Source of the DNA: a virus
Taxonomy: Duplodnaviria > Caudoviricetes
IMG/VR virus record: IMGVR_UViG_3300017777_007595
Coordinates: 1-25,826 of that record
Direction: 5' to 3' (one strand)
DNA: 25,826 nucleotides
Shown: piece after piece, positions 25,617 to 25,826 of the stretch
Numbering within the stretch: position 1 is the stretch's first letter
Layout of the letters: every line of letters begins with the position of its first letter
Notes under the pieces: generated by a model
Databases searched by the model: none
Told to the model about the DNA's origin: nothing
What the model saw: only the letters and a program-made list of their open reading frames with translations
Position numbers and translations under genes: made by a program

Positions 25617-25826
25617 TTATCCTCTTCCACCACCACGTGAAAATCCTTCAAAAAAGCTCAAAATTTTCTCAGCAGTTTCAGGGCTGATAAAACCACTTAA
25701 TGGTCCTTCACCTTGTACAGCTTGTTCAAGTGCAGATTTAACAGCAGCTCTACCTCCTAATAATAAGGCTAACCCAGTAATAATTTTACCTATGACCATA
25801 GGATCTAAACTTACTGGATCAGGGGG
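25617..25826 (-). CDS. C-terminal part of a hypothetical protein, probably starting beyond the right edge
   Basis: The frame of the 25617..25799 ORF stays open to the window end (PPDPVSLDP-MVIGKII...); hydrophobic segment IITGLALLLGG. Confidence 0.6.
   Translation of the reverse strand, partial: PPDPVSLDPMVIGKIITGLALLLGGRAAVKSALEQAVQGEGPLSGFISPETAEKILSFFEGFSRGGGRG

Overview
AT-rich segment of a large contractile-tailed (myovirus-like) phage genome, almost entirely minus-strand encoded. The host is probably Bacteroidota, judged from TTG-N19/20-TAnnTTTA promoters, A-rich starts without Shine-Dalgarno sites, and T9SS-type protein domains. The left half (1-13.9 kb) is a baseplate module: a giant >2004-aa wedge/LamG protein that the ORF track misses because it runs off the left edge, a DNRLRE-like protein, gp6-like and gp25-like wedge proteins, and a gp5-like spike. 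It is followed by a gp55-like late sigma factor and an HD hydrolase. The right half is an accessory region of small genes, tRNA-Arg(UCU), tRNA-Glu(UUC), DUF932, a DUF1653-like gene and two secreted proteins with truncated T9SS-like tails. The most interesting signals are: (1) a tRNA-Arg / boxA / membrane-protein ORF / anti-boxA cassette whose flanks form a 15-bp long-range RNA stem, followed by an unannotated ArfA-like basic peptide; (2) six promoters carrying an 11-bp-period GTCAT direct repeat; (3) a sense-strand ATATTTAT candidate late promoter; (4) two T9SS-cargo mimics; (5) a multi-hairpin, possibly pseudoknotted RNA near the right end. All family assignments are by-eye motif recognition; no searches were run.
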